64,000 bases of DNA from Octopus vulgaris (GCA_951406725.2 OX597824.1:3224001-3288000); one strand, 5' to 3'; shown: positions 27,394 to 41,612, counted from the stretch's first letter. Notes: a model not told the origin generated them from the letters alone. Translations and numbers: made by a program.

Positions 27394-27757
27394 GGAGGCG
27401 CAATGGCCCAGTGGTTAGGGCAGAGGACTCGCGGTCGGAGGATCGCGGTTTCGATTCCCAGACCGGGCGTTGTGTGTTTTTATGGAGCGAGAACACCTAA
27501 AGCTCCACGAGGCTCCGGCAGGGGGGTGGTTGCGATCCTTGTTGTACTCTTTCGCCCCAACTTTCTCTCACTCTTTCTTCCTGTTTCTTGTCCCCGACTT
27601 CCTACGCAAGCGCTGAGCCTGGATGCGCATTCATCCATCCGTCGATGCTCTCGGTTTCGGGGGTTGACCTGCTTTCTCTTCTGCGGGTCTTACGAATAGC
27701 AAAGGACCACGTTTCGGACTTCTCCCACTCTGGAACGAAGACCGCTTCGCTCAACAG
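27394..27757 (+). mobile_element. SINE family C, tail type 1
   Basis: tRNA-like head ggaggcgcaatggcccagtggttaggg...ggtttcgattccc; TSD-like caacagctaca at 27379 and 27758. Confidence 0.88.
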
Positions 27758-28819
27758 CAACAGCTACAACAGAAACATCATAGACGTGGTTGTGTGTTAA
27801 GAGCTGGCTTGCCAACCACGTGGACTTCGGTTCAATCTTACTGTGAGACTCTTGGAACAAATGTCTTCTATTATAACCCAGGCCAACCAAAGACATTTGA
27901 GTGGATATGGTCGGCGGAAATTGATAGAATCGCGTTGTATAAGTATATGTATGTATGCGTGTGTGTCTTTCTTTTAGTTTTGTGTTTGTCCTCTACCACC
28001 ACTTGACAACGAGTGTTGGTTTGTTTACGTCCCCAAAACCTAACAATACAGCAAAAGAGGCCGATACGGTAAGTATCAAGCTTTAACAATAAGTACAGGA
28101 GTTGATGTGTTCGACAAGACCCTTCAAGGCGATGACTGAGGGTGGCCACAGTTCAATGATTGAAACAAATAAAAAACAAAAGATAGAAACCTTCAGACTT
28201 ACAACACAACCATTTCAAAGCAGAGCGGCTGCGCAAACAATCGATATTATTGATCACTATATTACACTATTGGAATCCTGCTGTGATGTACTGCGTAGAT
28301 TCGGCTGAACATTATACGAGAATCAACATTGTTCATACCATTAAATGGTTGCGTTGTTTATACCATTAAATGGTTGAGGGGTTAAGAATAAATAGTTGAG
28401 TGATTAAGAAGTTCGCTTCTCAACTACGTAGTTTCAAGTTCAATCCCTTTCATATCCAGCCACCCACAGGTTGATATATAAATTACGCCATGATCGATTT
28501 TGACTTTCATTCTTTCAAGGTCGATAAAGTAAAGCACAACTCCAGTACTGATGCCAATGGTATTGACCAATTCACTCTCCTCGAATATTGTTGACTGGTG
28601 CCTAAATCAGAAACCATTTTAAATAATGTTTCAAATACTGGTACAAGACCAGCACTTTAGGGAGAGAGAGACTAGTCGAATATATTGGTCTCAATCGACC
28701 CCGAAGGAATGAAAGGCTTATTTGACCTCAGTGGTATTTGAACTCTAAGCGAACGGACAGAAGAAATACTGCAAAGCATTTCTTACAATACTCTTACGAG
28801 TCTGCCAGCTCGCAGATAA

Positions 28820-28872
<53 letters not shown>

Positions 28873-28911
28873 ATGGTTTCAAATTTTGCCACAAGGTCAG
28901 CAATTATAGCT

Positions 28912-29255
28912 ATGTGTTGATAGGAATTCTTTGGGGTTTGAATAATTCAACTCTGGAAATATGGGTGTTTCGGTCACTGTCTTTAAACAAACCTTATTCA
29001 AGGACCTTTTGAGTGGGATGGGTTACTCAACCTGAAGAAAATTCTAACTGGGCCCCACCTGTAAGGTCATGCATTGCATATTTTGATATAAGATCACCAT
29101 GTCGCGCACATGTGGTTGTGATGCATGTACCTGGAGTACCTTATCAGGCGGGTGGTCATGATGGGTATACTGGGCTTCGTATATTTGTACCCCAGTGTCA
29201 TTTTGATGGCATGCACTGCTCTTTCACTCAATAATAATAATAATAATAATAATAA
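28912..29255 (+). mobile_element. Retroposon 3' fragment with an (AAT)n tail
   Basis: Higher-complexity block ending in ctttcactc(aat)n; family not assigned. Confidence 0.5.
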
Positions 29256-29829
29256 TTGTTTCAAATATTGGCACGAGAGCAAGGAGTGGGAAATAAGTTG
29301 CTCACATCGACCTCCACTGCACAACTTGTTTTATTGACCTCGAAAGAATGAAAGACAAAGTTGATCTCAGCAGCATTTGAACTCAGAACGCAAAGAGCCG
29401 CAGGAAATCCCGCTAAGCATTTTGTCCGAAGCACTAATACGAAGGCGGCGATCCTGGCAGAATTGGGAGAGCATCGAGGTCAAGTTTGCCTTTGATCCTT
29501 CAGTGGTCGATAAAATAAACTACCAGTCAACTACCAGGGATACTGATATCGATTTGCCCCTCGTCTCAAAATTGCTGGCGTTGTTCCTAAATTGGAAGCG
29601 ATATCGTTTACAAAACATTAAACAATGAAACCTCTTTTTATCCTATAAATGCTTTTGTTTTAGTATTTTTGAATCGTTTGTTCTGCTTTTGCCCTGTTGC
29701 CATCAGATTCATCTTATTATCAAAAAGCCTGCTCGTTTATATTGCTTCATAATCTTGATCTTATATTTCTTTAGAGATTGTTGCAAAGTTGAAGAGAATT
29801 CTCTGAAATGTATGTCTTTCCTTTCCCAG

Positions 29830-29887
29830 GCTTCCTACTTGCCAATGTCGATTATAATTGTCGGAGTAGGGAGTGCGGATTTTGAAG
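29830..29887 (+). CDS. CPNE8: Copine exon (ASYLPMSIIIVGVGSADFE)
   Basis: tcccag acceptor, G|gtaggt donor; 58 nt, phase 0-1; LPMSIIIVGVG motif. Confidence 0.96.
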
Positions 29888-30009
29888 GTAGGTGCCAGCG
29901 TTTTCCCTTTCGTTTCAGTTTTTCAGAGAAGTGAGGGTTAATCTTAGTGTTAACATTTTGAAAAATAACTCAAATTTAGCTACTTATGGTAACTCTGGGG
30001 AATATAAGT

Positions 30010-30066
<57 letters not shown>

Positions 30067-30847
30067 GTCATTATCGTGATAATCTGGCAATGCCAGCAAC
30101 GGTGATAACACCAATGATGATGATGTAGCGGAGGAAGAGAAGGAGGAAGAAGCAGATGGTAGTGGCAGCAGAGGTGGTGATGATGATGATGAGGAGGAGG
30201 AGGTGGTGGTGGTGGTGGTGGAGGGTAGGGGTAGTGGTGTAATGTCGATGATGATGATGATGATGACTATGAAGGCTGCGAGCTGGGCTGCGGGGTTAAT
30301 TTGTTCGGTTTGAGACGACGTTGTACCGGGTTCAAGCTCTCTGCACAGCATCTTCGTCAAATGTCTTCTAGTATGGTGTCTGAAGCTGAACCAAACAATG
30401 TAAAAATCTATTTCACTCCTGTTGCTGGTTGATTCGAGTGATTCCCTCATCAACAGGAGTGAAATAATCAAAGAACAGTCGTGGATCGGAGTCCGGCCGA
30501 ATTGTTTTCTTTCAGTCTCCCAATTGTCATCCTCCATTTCGCTCTTTGAAATATTTAAATATTCTAAGATGTTAAATTATAGAAATTATAGTCAGAACTG
30601 GTTTCTTACGACGTTTCGTATGCGAATGAGTCTACTGTAAACAACAATGCGATCGCAGATAGAGAAATAGGTAATGAGTGTATATGGATATTTCAAGAGT
30701 TGTTGATCCTTCTTCAGTGTCGCATCCAACCGATTAAACAACCGCGAGCTGATTGCTTAAATTACCACGAAACGTATCGTTGTAACCTTAGAGGATACAT
30801 CAATTTTACATTATTAAACACATTCTTGGCAGCTGGTACGCTCATGT

Positions 30848-31159
30848 TAATTACTTGTAGGGACACTGTATTTCTTTATGCAACCATAATATTCCACAAA
30901 GTACATTAAACGCTTTATAAGTCAATACTGTGTCCTATTGACTTAGCAGTGCTATTAAATCATCTGTTAAGGTTATGTCTCTCTATATAGAAAATCTGTA
31001 GAGATAACCTCAACGAATGATTTAATAGCACTGCTAACACAGTAGGATTTAATAGCACTACTAACACAGTAGGACACGGTATTGAATTATAAAGCATTTA
31101 ATATACTTTGTAGAATATCATGGTTGCATAACAAAACACGGTGTCCCTACAAGTAATTA
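30848..31159. mobile_element. Foldback element with ~135-bp arms
   Basis: taattacttgtagggacac / gtgtccctacaagtaatta perfect ends; arms pair inward; 27-bp tandem duplication in the right arm. Confidence 0.88.
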
Positions 31160-31302
31160 TTTTAAGATAAGCTCAGTGTGTAATAATGATGCAGAATAAC
31201 GTTAGGGTAAGAGATGCATTGATGATAAAGAAATAAAGGGTTATGTTGGGATTGATAAAGTAAAACAGCTTAATAATCCTTAATTTCATTTTCATTCCAT
31301 AG

Positions 31303-31376
31303 CAATGAATATTTTGGACTCTGATGATGGTCTGCTGCATTCCGGACAACTGGCAGCCCAAAGGGATATTGTTCAG
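31303..31376 (+). CDS. CPNE8: Copine exon (AMNILDSDDGLLHSGQLAAQRDIVQ)
   Basis: ccatag acceptor, CAG|gtaaat donor; 74 nt, phase 1-0; LD.D...RDIVQ motif. Confidence 0.95.
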
Positions 31377-31416
31377 GTAAATGTCTATTATGGGAACATT
31401 ACACCTTGAAATGATA

Positions 31417-31895
31417 ATATACATACATACAAACATACATACATGCATACATACATACATGCAAACATGCATACATACATGCATACATACATACAAACAT
31501 GCATACATACATACATACAAACATGCATACATACATACATACATGCATACATACATACATGTATGCATGCAAACATACATGCATACATACATACATACAT
31601 GCATACATACATATATACATACATACGTACATACAGACATGCATACATACATACACACATACATGCATGCATACATACATACATGCATACATGCATACAT
31701 ACACACATACATGCATGCATACATACATACATACATACATACATACATACATACATACATACATACATACATACATACATACATACATACATACATACAC
31801 ATATGCATGCATACATACACACATACATACACATACATACATATATACATATATACATACATACATACATACAATACATACATACATACAATACA

Positions 31896-31929
<34 letters not shown>

Positions 31930-32403
31930 CAATACATACATACATACATACAATACATACATACATACAATACATACATACAATACATACATACATACAC
32001 ACAATACATACATACATACATACATATATACATACAGTACATATATACATACATACATACATACAATACATACATACATACAATACATACATACATACAA
32101 TACATACATACATACAATACATACATACAATACATACATACATACACACAATACATACATACATACATACATACATACATACATACATACATACATACAT
32201 ACATACATACATACAATACATACATACATACATACAATACATACATACATACATACATACATACATACATACATACATACATACATACATACAATACATA
32301 CATACATACAATACATACATACATACATACAATACATACATACATACATACATACATACATACATACATACATACATACATACATACATACATACATACA
32401 TAC
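31417..32403. repeat. ~1-kb (CATA)n array with CATG and CAATA variant blocks
   Basis: Seen directly; source of the six 340-406 aa artefact ORFs. Confidence 0.97.
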
Positions 32404-32423
32404 GCACACTAACGCAGACAACA

Positions 32424-32551
32424 AATATTTTGTCTCAAAACCTCGTCTTCAGAGAATTTGTGCGTTAAAAGCAGGGATTACCGCCGACGACTTTCTGAGT
32501 GATCTCTGTAATTTTAACATATTAAGATAAATTTCTTTGAGACAAGATATT
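32424..32551. mobile_element. Small palindromic MITE-like element
   Basis: aatattttgtctcaaa / tttgagacaagatatt ends; inner gttaaaagcagggattac / gtgatctctgtaattttaac. Confidence 0.65.
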
Positions 32552-33389
32552 ACAGCAAACGCCGAAACATCATTCTCTTTTTTTTATCTAATTCTGTTTC
32601 AAGTCCGTTTATTGATTTAATATAATTTGGATTTTGCTTTTAGAACCTATTTTTATTTTTTTAGGAGCTAAAATAATAGAACTGAGTCGACGATAAGATT
32701 AATAGCTGAAGAGTTAACATTCTGAGTCGTGTAACCAACTGTGCGCTTTGGCAAAGACATTAAACCTATTCTTGGCCCCGTTTTACTTAACTATAATTAT
32801 GGGCATCGACAACGTAGGTCTCTTTAGTTTCATCATGTCGAGGGCCACAATAAACCCTGTAGTGTTGATTCCACGACAAACTGCACCCACTGCACTTTTC
32901 TTTATAATGATTGGTGCTAGGAAAGGAATCCAAAAAAGGACACAAGTCAAATGACTCGCACGAGCTTTCGTTTTTTTTGGCCAATGTCATAATCTTCTAT
33001 AATCTCGGATCCTCCTATATGTTATGAGTGAAACAAGGGAGACGGAAACTATAAAGAATCCTAACGAGTGGATTTTGCCCGTAATTCCAAAGGGACAGCT
33101 TTGTCCCAGACTGCGTCACTCTGTTTCTGCCTGAGAATTACGATAAGGTATCACATGTCTATGAGACACTCAACCACTTTAACATTTATTCGGGAACAAA
33201 TAATTCAGTTTATTACACAACTGAATTCTCTTCGTCAAACGACGGAGATCCACCACATATTTTGCCATCATTTCTGTTTTATTTTTTTTCCGCAGTCATT
33301 CTTGTTTCTCTTTTTAAATGCTTGCTTTCTTACACCTTTAATTATTTTCTTATTCTTTAAACTTTTTTTCCGTATTTTTCTTTCCTCAG

Positions 33390-33548
33390 TTTGTTCCATT
33401 CCGAGATTTCCTCGGTGGTCAATATGGGAGCCGCATGCACGTCAGTCAAGCATACCTTGCTAAAGAAGTCTTGGCTGAAATTCCAGAACAGTTCCTGTCG
33501 TATATGAAGCTCCATGGTATATTGCCCGCTTCTCCGACTGAAGCTTAA
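33390..33548 (+). CDS. CPNE8: Copine terminal coding exon (FVPFRDF...LAKEVLAEIPEQFLSYM...PTEA*)
   Basis: cctcag acceptor; 159 nt to TAA at 33546-33548; FVPFRD and LA..VLAEIP.Q..SYM motifs. Confidence 0.96.
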   Translation, partial: FVPFRDFLGGQYGSRMHVSQAYLAKEVLAEIPEQFLSYMKLHGILPASPTEA

Positions 33549-33704
33549 ATCTCCCATATTGAATTTAATGCAGCAAAGAACAAAGAATGAAGAAGTTATC
33601 TGCCAAATTGGGGTTTGTAGAGAGCCAAAAGTCCATTTCCATAGTCTTTTACTTTAAGGAGTCAGCCCTTACTGACTTCCAACTAAATGCAAGTTGAGCA
33701 AAAT

Positions 33705-33710
33705 AATAAA
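33705..33710 (+). promoter_or_regulatory. Candidate polyadenylation signal (alternatives at 33949 and 33974)
   Basis: First AATAAA after the copine stop; usage cannot be read from sequence alone. Confidence 0.35.
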
Positions 33711-34084
33711 GTCTCCTCACAAGGTCTTCGGATAACCATTCATACAGACAGACAGACAGACATTAGCACGTGGTTATATTCGTGTGAAGTCTGCGATTGT
33801 TCCGGTTGCTTTTCAGGGATTCTTGCTTCGTGCAATCTTTCAATTGACAAAGAAATGACTCGACTATTTTTTTTTTTTTGTTGCTTTGAAGGATTACGTG
33901 TGGCGATAAAACCCGTGTAGCAACGGAGTGAATCATCCGTTTTAAACTAATAAATGCACCATTATGTCTACCGAATAAAAGTTTACCCCTTGGTGAATTC
34001 AAACGCATATCTGTGTGTGTGCGTGTGCGTGCTCGTGTGTAAGCATACACATACACACACATATATAGGTATGTATGTATACAA

Positions 34085-34134
<50 letters not shown>

Positions 34135-34142
<8 letters not shown>

Positions 34143-34279
34143 TAAAAGCAGCAGAAATTTAACAAAAGCTGTTACTTGGAGTTTCACGTTCTCGTTCGTC
34201 GGACAGTTTTGTTACTCTACCTCTGGTATTTGAGTACTCTTTTTTCCACCATGTTTCACATTTACGTATTTACTCCGGT
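34135..34279 (-). mobile_element. Penelope-like fragment with a hammerhead motif (34169-34206)
   Basis: Reverse complement CTGT-CCGACGA-ACGagaaCGT-GAAA-CtccaaG-TA-ACAG, between two TA tracts. Confidence 0.65.
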
Positions 34280-34336
<57 letters not shown>

Positions 34337-35136
34337 TAGGCAATTGTCTTTCTCTGATGAGAGTATCCGTGTGAAACATCAGAAACTATCTTCCCGATGC
34401 AAATGCGTTTTACAAATATATACTGACAACTTGTAGCCGACACAGACCGCAGATATCTTCCCTAATTGGCTGGGGTGGGGTTTCCTAATAGCCGCAAGAC
34501 CAGAAATTTGAAACCTTCATGGGTGATGTTAGTTGGTTAAAGCGACTCCAGTACATGACTAGTAATTTGTTTTATGAATTTCCGAAAGAATGAAAGCCAA
34601 AGCTGAATATAATGAGATTTGAATTCAAGACGTAAAGAGTCGGAGCAATTACAGGTTATTTTTTTCCGATGCTTGATGATTCCGGTAATTCATTTCAACA
34701 TTTCCGATTTTTTTTCTCTAACTCATTAATAAATAATTATTATTTAGATTGGTAAAAGGCTACAAAGTTTTACAGAGCACAATTGATTTACCAGACTTTC
34801 CTTCAGACAAGTCTTTATTTTATTGACCCCAGATGGAGGAAACACAAAGAATGCTTTGGTAGGATTCGAACTGAAATGTAAAGAAATGTAACTAAATACC
34901 ACGAGAAAGTTGTTCTGCCACTCTACCGTTTCTTCTTCTTCTTCTTCTTCTTCTTCTTCTTCTTCTTCTTCTTCTTCTTCTTCTTCTTCTTCTTCTTCTT
35001 CTTCTTCTTCTTCTTCTTCTTCTTCTTCTTCCATGCCTACAGGCATTGGTGATGAACTTCTATGGCCTTCAATCCCACATACAAGATAGCACCATCTTTT
35101 CTGAAGCCAGTTATTACAGCCATCGAGTTTTTCTGA

Positions 35137-35180
<44 letters not shown>

Positions 35181-35708
35181 CCCCGTCCTTTTTTCTAATA
35201 TCTACCACCATTTCAAAAATAAAAACAAAATTCATATTTCTCCTCGGATTTTTTTTCCCAAAAATCCAATTATAGATAGAGTACCGTGTCTCGTTTACCT
35301 CGAATAATAACGACCAAAGAGATCTCTGCACTAAACAATCACGGTCAACTGCATTCTGCATAATGTCTTTGGTCGTGTTTCCCGTCTCCATTTTCTAATC
35401 TACTTCCCCCTTTGTATCCTCACAACAAAGGGCTAGCACTTACTAAGCCGCCCCTGATCTAATCCAACACCGTCCCCTTTCCCCAGCAAGCCCTTGTACT
35501 CAGTTGTCTTGTCTCTTTTGGTTGCTTTGGGCATGAAGAGGCCCCCAAACTGTGTACATCTCTTTGAAATTTACATTGAGAGACAAATTTTCGTTCCAGT
35601 TCATTTCATCCACCTCAGATCTATACCAGTCGTTATACTGACCAACATACCAGGCCATCCACCTATAACGGACTGTAACTAGATAGCCCCATCTTTAGTA
35701 TTATCTTC

Positions 35709-37444
35709 TGTGTAACCTATTTGTCAGCAAGACAGGCTGAATTTAGTCAAGGTATGCGTAGGGGAACAAAATAATGGCTTATATAATCAGACTTATGTAT
35801 GTATGGTTACAAGTGAATAATCTGAAAAGGATAATATTCACATTTCATAAGTAAAATAGGCGGAAACTGGCAGAATCGTTAGCAGGCCGGACAAGATGCT
35901 TAGCGGCATTTCGTCCGTCTTCATGTTCTGAGCTCGACTCTGGCTTTCATCTTTTTGGGGTCGATAAAATAAGTACCAGTTGTGTACTGGGGTCGAGGTA
36001 ATCGACTTATCCCGTTCCCCAATATTACTGACACTGCCAAAATTTGAATTAAGGCAGAGATCAAGGCGAATCGTTAGCGCGGTGGACAAAATGATATAGA
36101 ATTCCCATCTACTGAATCTGATGTCTCCGTTAGCCTCCTAGATATCCCTGGCACTATCAGGAACCTCTGTCCATCTCGGTCTGTTACCATTCCATTGATG
36201 CCAGCTACCAATTCCCTTCCATCTTCCGCTCAATCTAGATTAAATTTACAATCTTATTCTCTCAGTTCCTGCCACTTTGCGTACTGGGCACCAGCGCCAC
36301 CCTCCCTTCAAGCCAGGTTTCCTGTTTGAATATATATTTTTCCTCTTTCCCACAAGTCTCGGAAACATTCTTGACTAAAAGACTTTTTAAAAACCGATTT
36401 CCATGCAAACAAAGCTACGTACTGGGATGATTGGGATTACAAGGACGGTAATTAAGACAAAGACAGGATTTAATGAAACAAAACTCTGGATAAAGGAATA
36501 TTGGTGAGGATAAGACTAATGGCCAATTAGATCACGAAATAGTAAATCTCTAAGGTTGTTGGATGCTATTTACTTTTCCCGATGCAGAAAATGGTTAATC
36601 CAATATGAGAGGAGTACTAAGACATAGTTCTGGGGTTACTCTGAGCCAAGCGAGGATTTGGCATGTCACCTGTGTGTTGATACGAAGCCCTTGTTGGTTT
36701 CCAATGTTTTCAATTATGTCACATTTAATTACATTGTGTGCTTATATAATTTAGTTAATTTTTGGCACAATTAAAAACAATTTATAACGTTTGAATATAC
36801 TGTGAAACATCTTTGATTCTGGCCTTTTTCGGGGTTTTTTTTTTTATAACTATTTTATTCAGCTCTGCGTTTTTGTAATGCCTTTTGTAACATCGTTTCA
36901 TTGTGTGTGTAAATGGTCCCTGGTAAAACACAAAAAAATAAACAGGAAGTAAAGTAAATATGGGGTCCTTAAATAGAAACAGACTCTATCATAATAGGCA
37001 CATTGGAAATGTTTTAAAGAAAGACATAGAGATACATAATACAAACCTGAAGCTTATTTCAGCACAAGAGATTTGAGTGGAACTTTATAATTATCAACCC
37101 CGAAAGGACGAAAAAAATAAGATCGACATAGGTGAAGTTTGGAACCCAAAACGGGAAGGAAAACCGCTAAGCATTTTATCCGGGTGCAAATGATTCTGAC
37201 AGATAACCGACTTCATAATAATAATAATAATAATCCTTTCTGCTAAAGGCACAAGGCCTGAAATTTTGAGGGAGGGGGTTAATCGATTCCATCGATTTCA
37301 GTGCTCAACTGATTTATATTTTATTGACCCTGAAAGGATGAAAGGCAAAGTCAACCACGACGGAATTTGAACTCAGAACGTAAAGACAGACAAAATACCG
37401 CAAAGCATTTTGCCGGCGTGCTAACAATTCAGCCAGCACGCCAC

Positions 37445-37503
<59 letters not shown>

Positions 37504-38704
37504 GGAGGAGGAGGAGGAGGAGGATTTCAAATTTTTGCCACAAGGGCAGCTTGGGGGAGCGGATTAAGTCGATTTCATCGACCCCAGTGTTTCACTGGTA
37601 CTTAATTTATCGACCCCGAAAGGATAGGACCCAAGACATTGAGAGAAATACCAAAGGACGAAATACTAAATGCAAAAAGGTAAGATTTACTTTGATAAAA
37701 GGGAAATCGTCAAAAATAAAGATAAAAGAAAGGAAATAAAAATAGAAATCAGAAAAATAAGTAAAATTGCCAATGGGGGCGGTCGGGGTCTATCGAGGGT
37801 AATTCGGGGGGAAACTCTCCCATAAGGTTCCGATTACTCTTCCGCCTCCAAGGTTGTGAAAGTGCCCTTCTTCAGTTTCATTTCCAAAAGAGTGGAACCA
37901 TTTAGACCCATTCAGACTTTTACCATTCTCATCCACTTTTCAAGAAACATCAGACTGCACCACCTCTCTCCTTCTCTCTCTCTTTCTCTTTCTCTCTCTC
38001 CTTCTCTCTCTTTCTCTTCCTCTCTCTCTTGCTCTTTCTCTTTCTCTCTCTCCTTTACTCTTTGTCTTTCTGCCCTCTCTCTTTTTCTATCTCTCTCTTT
38101 CTTTCCCTGACCTCACATTTCTCTGCGAATAATAATAATTCCTTCAACTACAAACACAAGGCTTGTAATTTGGTGGGGAAGCGGGGGCTTGTTGGTCACA
38201 GTAATCCCAGTACTTGACTGACATTATATTTCATTAACCTCGAAATGATGAAAGGCAAAGTCTATCTCGGCGGAATTTGAACTCAGAACGTAAGGAGCCG
38301 AAAGGAATGCTGCTAAGCATTTTATCCACCGCGCTAACGATTCTCCTAGCTCTCTGCCTTAATTCAAATTTTGGCTGAGGGACAGTAATTTCGAGGAATG
38401 GGATAAGTCGATTACCTCGACCCAAGTACACAGCTGGTACTTATTTTATCGACCCCAAAAAGATGAAAGCCAGAGTCGAGCTCAGAACAAGAAGACGGAC
38501 GAAATGCCGCTAAGCATCTTGTCCGGCCTGCTAACAATTCTAACAGCTCCCGCCTATTTTACTAATGAAATGTGAATGTTATCATTTTCCGGTTTTTCAC
38601 TTGTAACCATACATACATAAGTCTGATTATATAAGCCCTTATTTTGTTGCCCTACACATACCTTGACTAAATTCAGCCTGTCTTGCTGACAAATAGGTTA
38701 CACA
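35709..38704. repeat. ~385-bp inverted duplication (35709-36092 / 38318-38704)
   Basis: Non-SINE flank plus a SINE-A with the same internal deletion in both arms; high identity by eye. Confidence 0.9.
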
Positions 38705-40691
38705 TATTTCACGGACAAATAGTCAGAAATAGAATGGTCAGAAACGGAATAGGCTTTTAGTCAAAGAAGCAGTTGTTCTACTCCAGCTATATGCAAATCT
38801 CCAATCCAAAATCTATACATTTCATCATTTACCCATTAACGTGGAGGAAGCTGAGATGCCTTTCCCCCCTGTTACTTAATATCCTTTACTTGAGAAAAAT
38901 AGCGGGATACTCGTATGTAAGATGTCGTTAGATGTTGGATGGCGACTTGAGATTAAGCATGAACAATACAAAATCCCCTAAAATTGTGAATGAGGAAGCC
39001 TTTATTTAGTCACCCAGTGTGCTAGAAAAAGTTGCTTAATCTTCTTCAAATCATATTCTAACGCTTTATAGTAAAAGAAAGACAAAGTGGTTAATGAAAT
39101 CCTAGTTGTAATTCTAAAAACGAAAAACAGATTGAATGGTAGAGCATCTTTCCTCGTTAATCTCCTTGGTCAAGGTTGGCCTGAGGTTAAACAACAACAA
39201 CATGGGAAAAGTGGGGGACACATTAAGCGAGGTTTGAAAAAGAATAACACAGCAGGATCATGGCTACATTGCCTTTTATCATCGGTCATCCAGGCAGATT
39301 GGTAGCTCACCTGCGGTTAAACAACAGCAACAAGGACAAACAGACTGAGTATCTCGAGATAAAGCAAAACAAGGAAAAACAAAACAACAAACAAAACGTT
39401 CATTCCCAGAAAAGGGGCACAAACTTTTAGATACATCAAAGAAACAGGCAATTCAATAAAACCGCCTTCAATTCCAGTGGCGGCTCCATTTTGGTCAGGG
39501 AAGCGACTACAGGCTACAATCAGATGGTTCGCGCCTATATTGCCCACTACACTTCTATGGCAGTTGCACACGAGACCGTGGGGTTATGCTGTGCCGGTCG
39601 ATCCCACAATCAGTGACGCAACAACTGCAGAATCCTACGATCAAAATAAGGAGAATTGGGAGATTACGCGATGTTGACGCAGTGATAACCGAACGGTTTT
39701 TCTTGACTGTGCATGACATAAACAGCTTTTTCTTCATTTTGTAGGACTTGTAATTAATGTGTGTGTAAACCGCGCGCTCAGTGAGTCGTTTCAGTTCCTA
39801 TGTCCGAGTCGTATCTTCCATGTCGATGTTGTCAATACTCCTGAGAAAGAAATGTAAAAGTTAAAATTTGTTGTTATATCACGCATCGTTAAATTCCATC
39901 ACCTTTCGTTTATGGTCCACTAAAATTAATTTTCAAACATTCGACACACCGCGGTAAATATGAAAGACAACAGAAATTATAAATGGTAAATCTAAATTCT
40001 TCCTTTTGGTGCTGTCATAAACACTGCCATCCATAGATTTCTGTACATATTCGAAATGTCATCTTTTGGCACCATATTAATTTGTTAATTTTCTAGAGAT
40101 TAATTATTGTAAAAGACAAAATCAAAATAAAAACTAATAACAATTTACAATGAAGTCTTCCTAATCAAAAACAGCAAATTGCAAATTAATATATCATGAT
40201 TTAATTAGCAGAATGGAGAACTGTGTTGTACAGAACTTTTTTTTTGATGTCATGAATATATTCATTTCGTTTAACCTGTATGTATGTATGTATGTATGTA
40301 TGTATGTATGTATGTATGTATGTATGCATGCATGTATGTATGTATGTATGTATGTATGTATGTATGTATGCATATATGTATGTATGTATGCATACATGTA
40401 TGTATATATGCATACATGTATGTATGTATGTATGCATGTATGTATGTATGCATGTATGTATGCATGCATGTATGTATGCATGCATGTATGTATGTATGTA
40501 TGTATGTATGTATATATGTATGTATGAATTTATGTCTATTTTTATATATGGAATTATGTATGTTTAAATGATTGTATGCATACATTTCTGCATGTATGCA
40601 TGTACATATGCCTATACTACGCATGTATGTTTGAATGCACACACATACAAACACATTTATATATATATATATGCATACATACATACACACA

Positions 40692-40741
<50 letters not shown>

Positions 40742-41114
40742 TACATATAAATGTATACATGTTCGCATATATGCATATATGTGTGTGTATATGTGTGTGC
40801 ATATATGTGTGTGTTTGCGTGTATGCATAATATGCTCCATAGAGAATCTTTGTCAGCGAAATGTTTGTGTGAAGTTACTGACTTGCATAAATAGACTGAA
40901 TAAAATATCCAATATTAATATCGGGTCGAGACCAGCACTGAACACACTTTTCATTGTTTTAATGCAGCAAAAATACGCAATGCGTGTCCTTATGCCAATG
41001 TATTTATGAGTATCACCTCCTCTCTCTCTCTCTCTTTCTCACTTGCTCTTTTTCTCCATATGTGTGTGTATATATATATATATGCATTTATATGTTTAGG
41101 TTATATGTTTATAT

Positions 41115-41162
<48 letters not shown>

Positions 41163-41261
41163 ATATATACATACATACATACAGATAGACATTCATATAA
41201 CAAATTTCGTATTTATTCTCAGCAAATTATGTACTCATATTCATATGCACGTCTAAAGAAC

Positions 41262-41292
<31 letters not shown>

Positions 41293-41575
41293 TCGCTTAT
41301 CTCCGTTTTTTTTTTTTTGCATTTAATTTAGATTCCTGATAGAAGAAAAACAAATTTCGCTATTTCATGACAATTGAAAATTACATTCATGTACCTCGTT
41401 GACATTTTTTTTATTTCTATAATGAGAAATATATACAGGTATATACATACACACATACATACATACATACATACACACACACATACATACATACACACAT
41501 ACATACATACATTCATACACACACACACCCATACATACATACATACATACATACATACATACATACATACATACA

Positions 41576-41611
<36 letters not shown>

Positions 41612-41612
41612 T

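Noticed and set aside
27394-27475. tRNA gene (also 49999 and 25946)
   Set aside because: A/B boxes run on into SINE bodies with TSDs; no proper acceptor stem or terminator.
31173-32530. Six ORFs of 340-406 aa
   Set aside because: Stop-free translations of a (CATA)n array; the same applies to the YI/CV/HT-rich ORFs throughout the window.
34744-35391. 215-aa minus-strand ORF
   Set aside because: Made of GA and GAA repeats, a SINE piece and probable LINE debris; no coherent domain.
39305-39313. Minus-strand donor CAG|GTGAGC
   Set aside because: It lies inside a SINE-like tail ending in (AAC)n, so it is probably coincidental.
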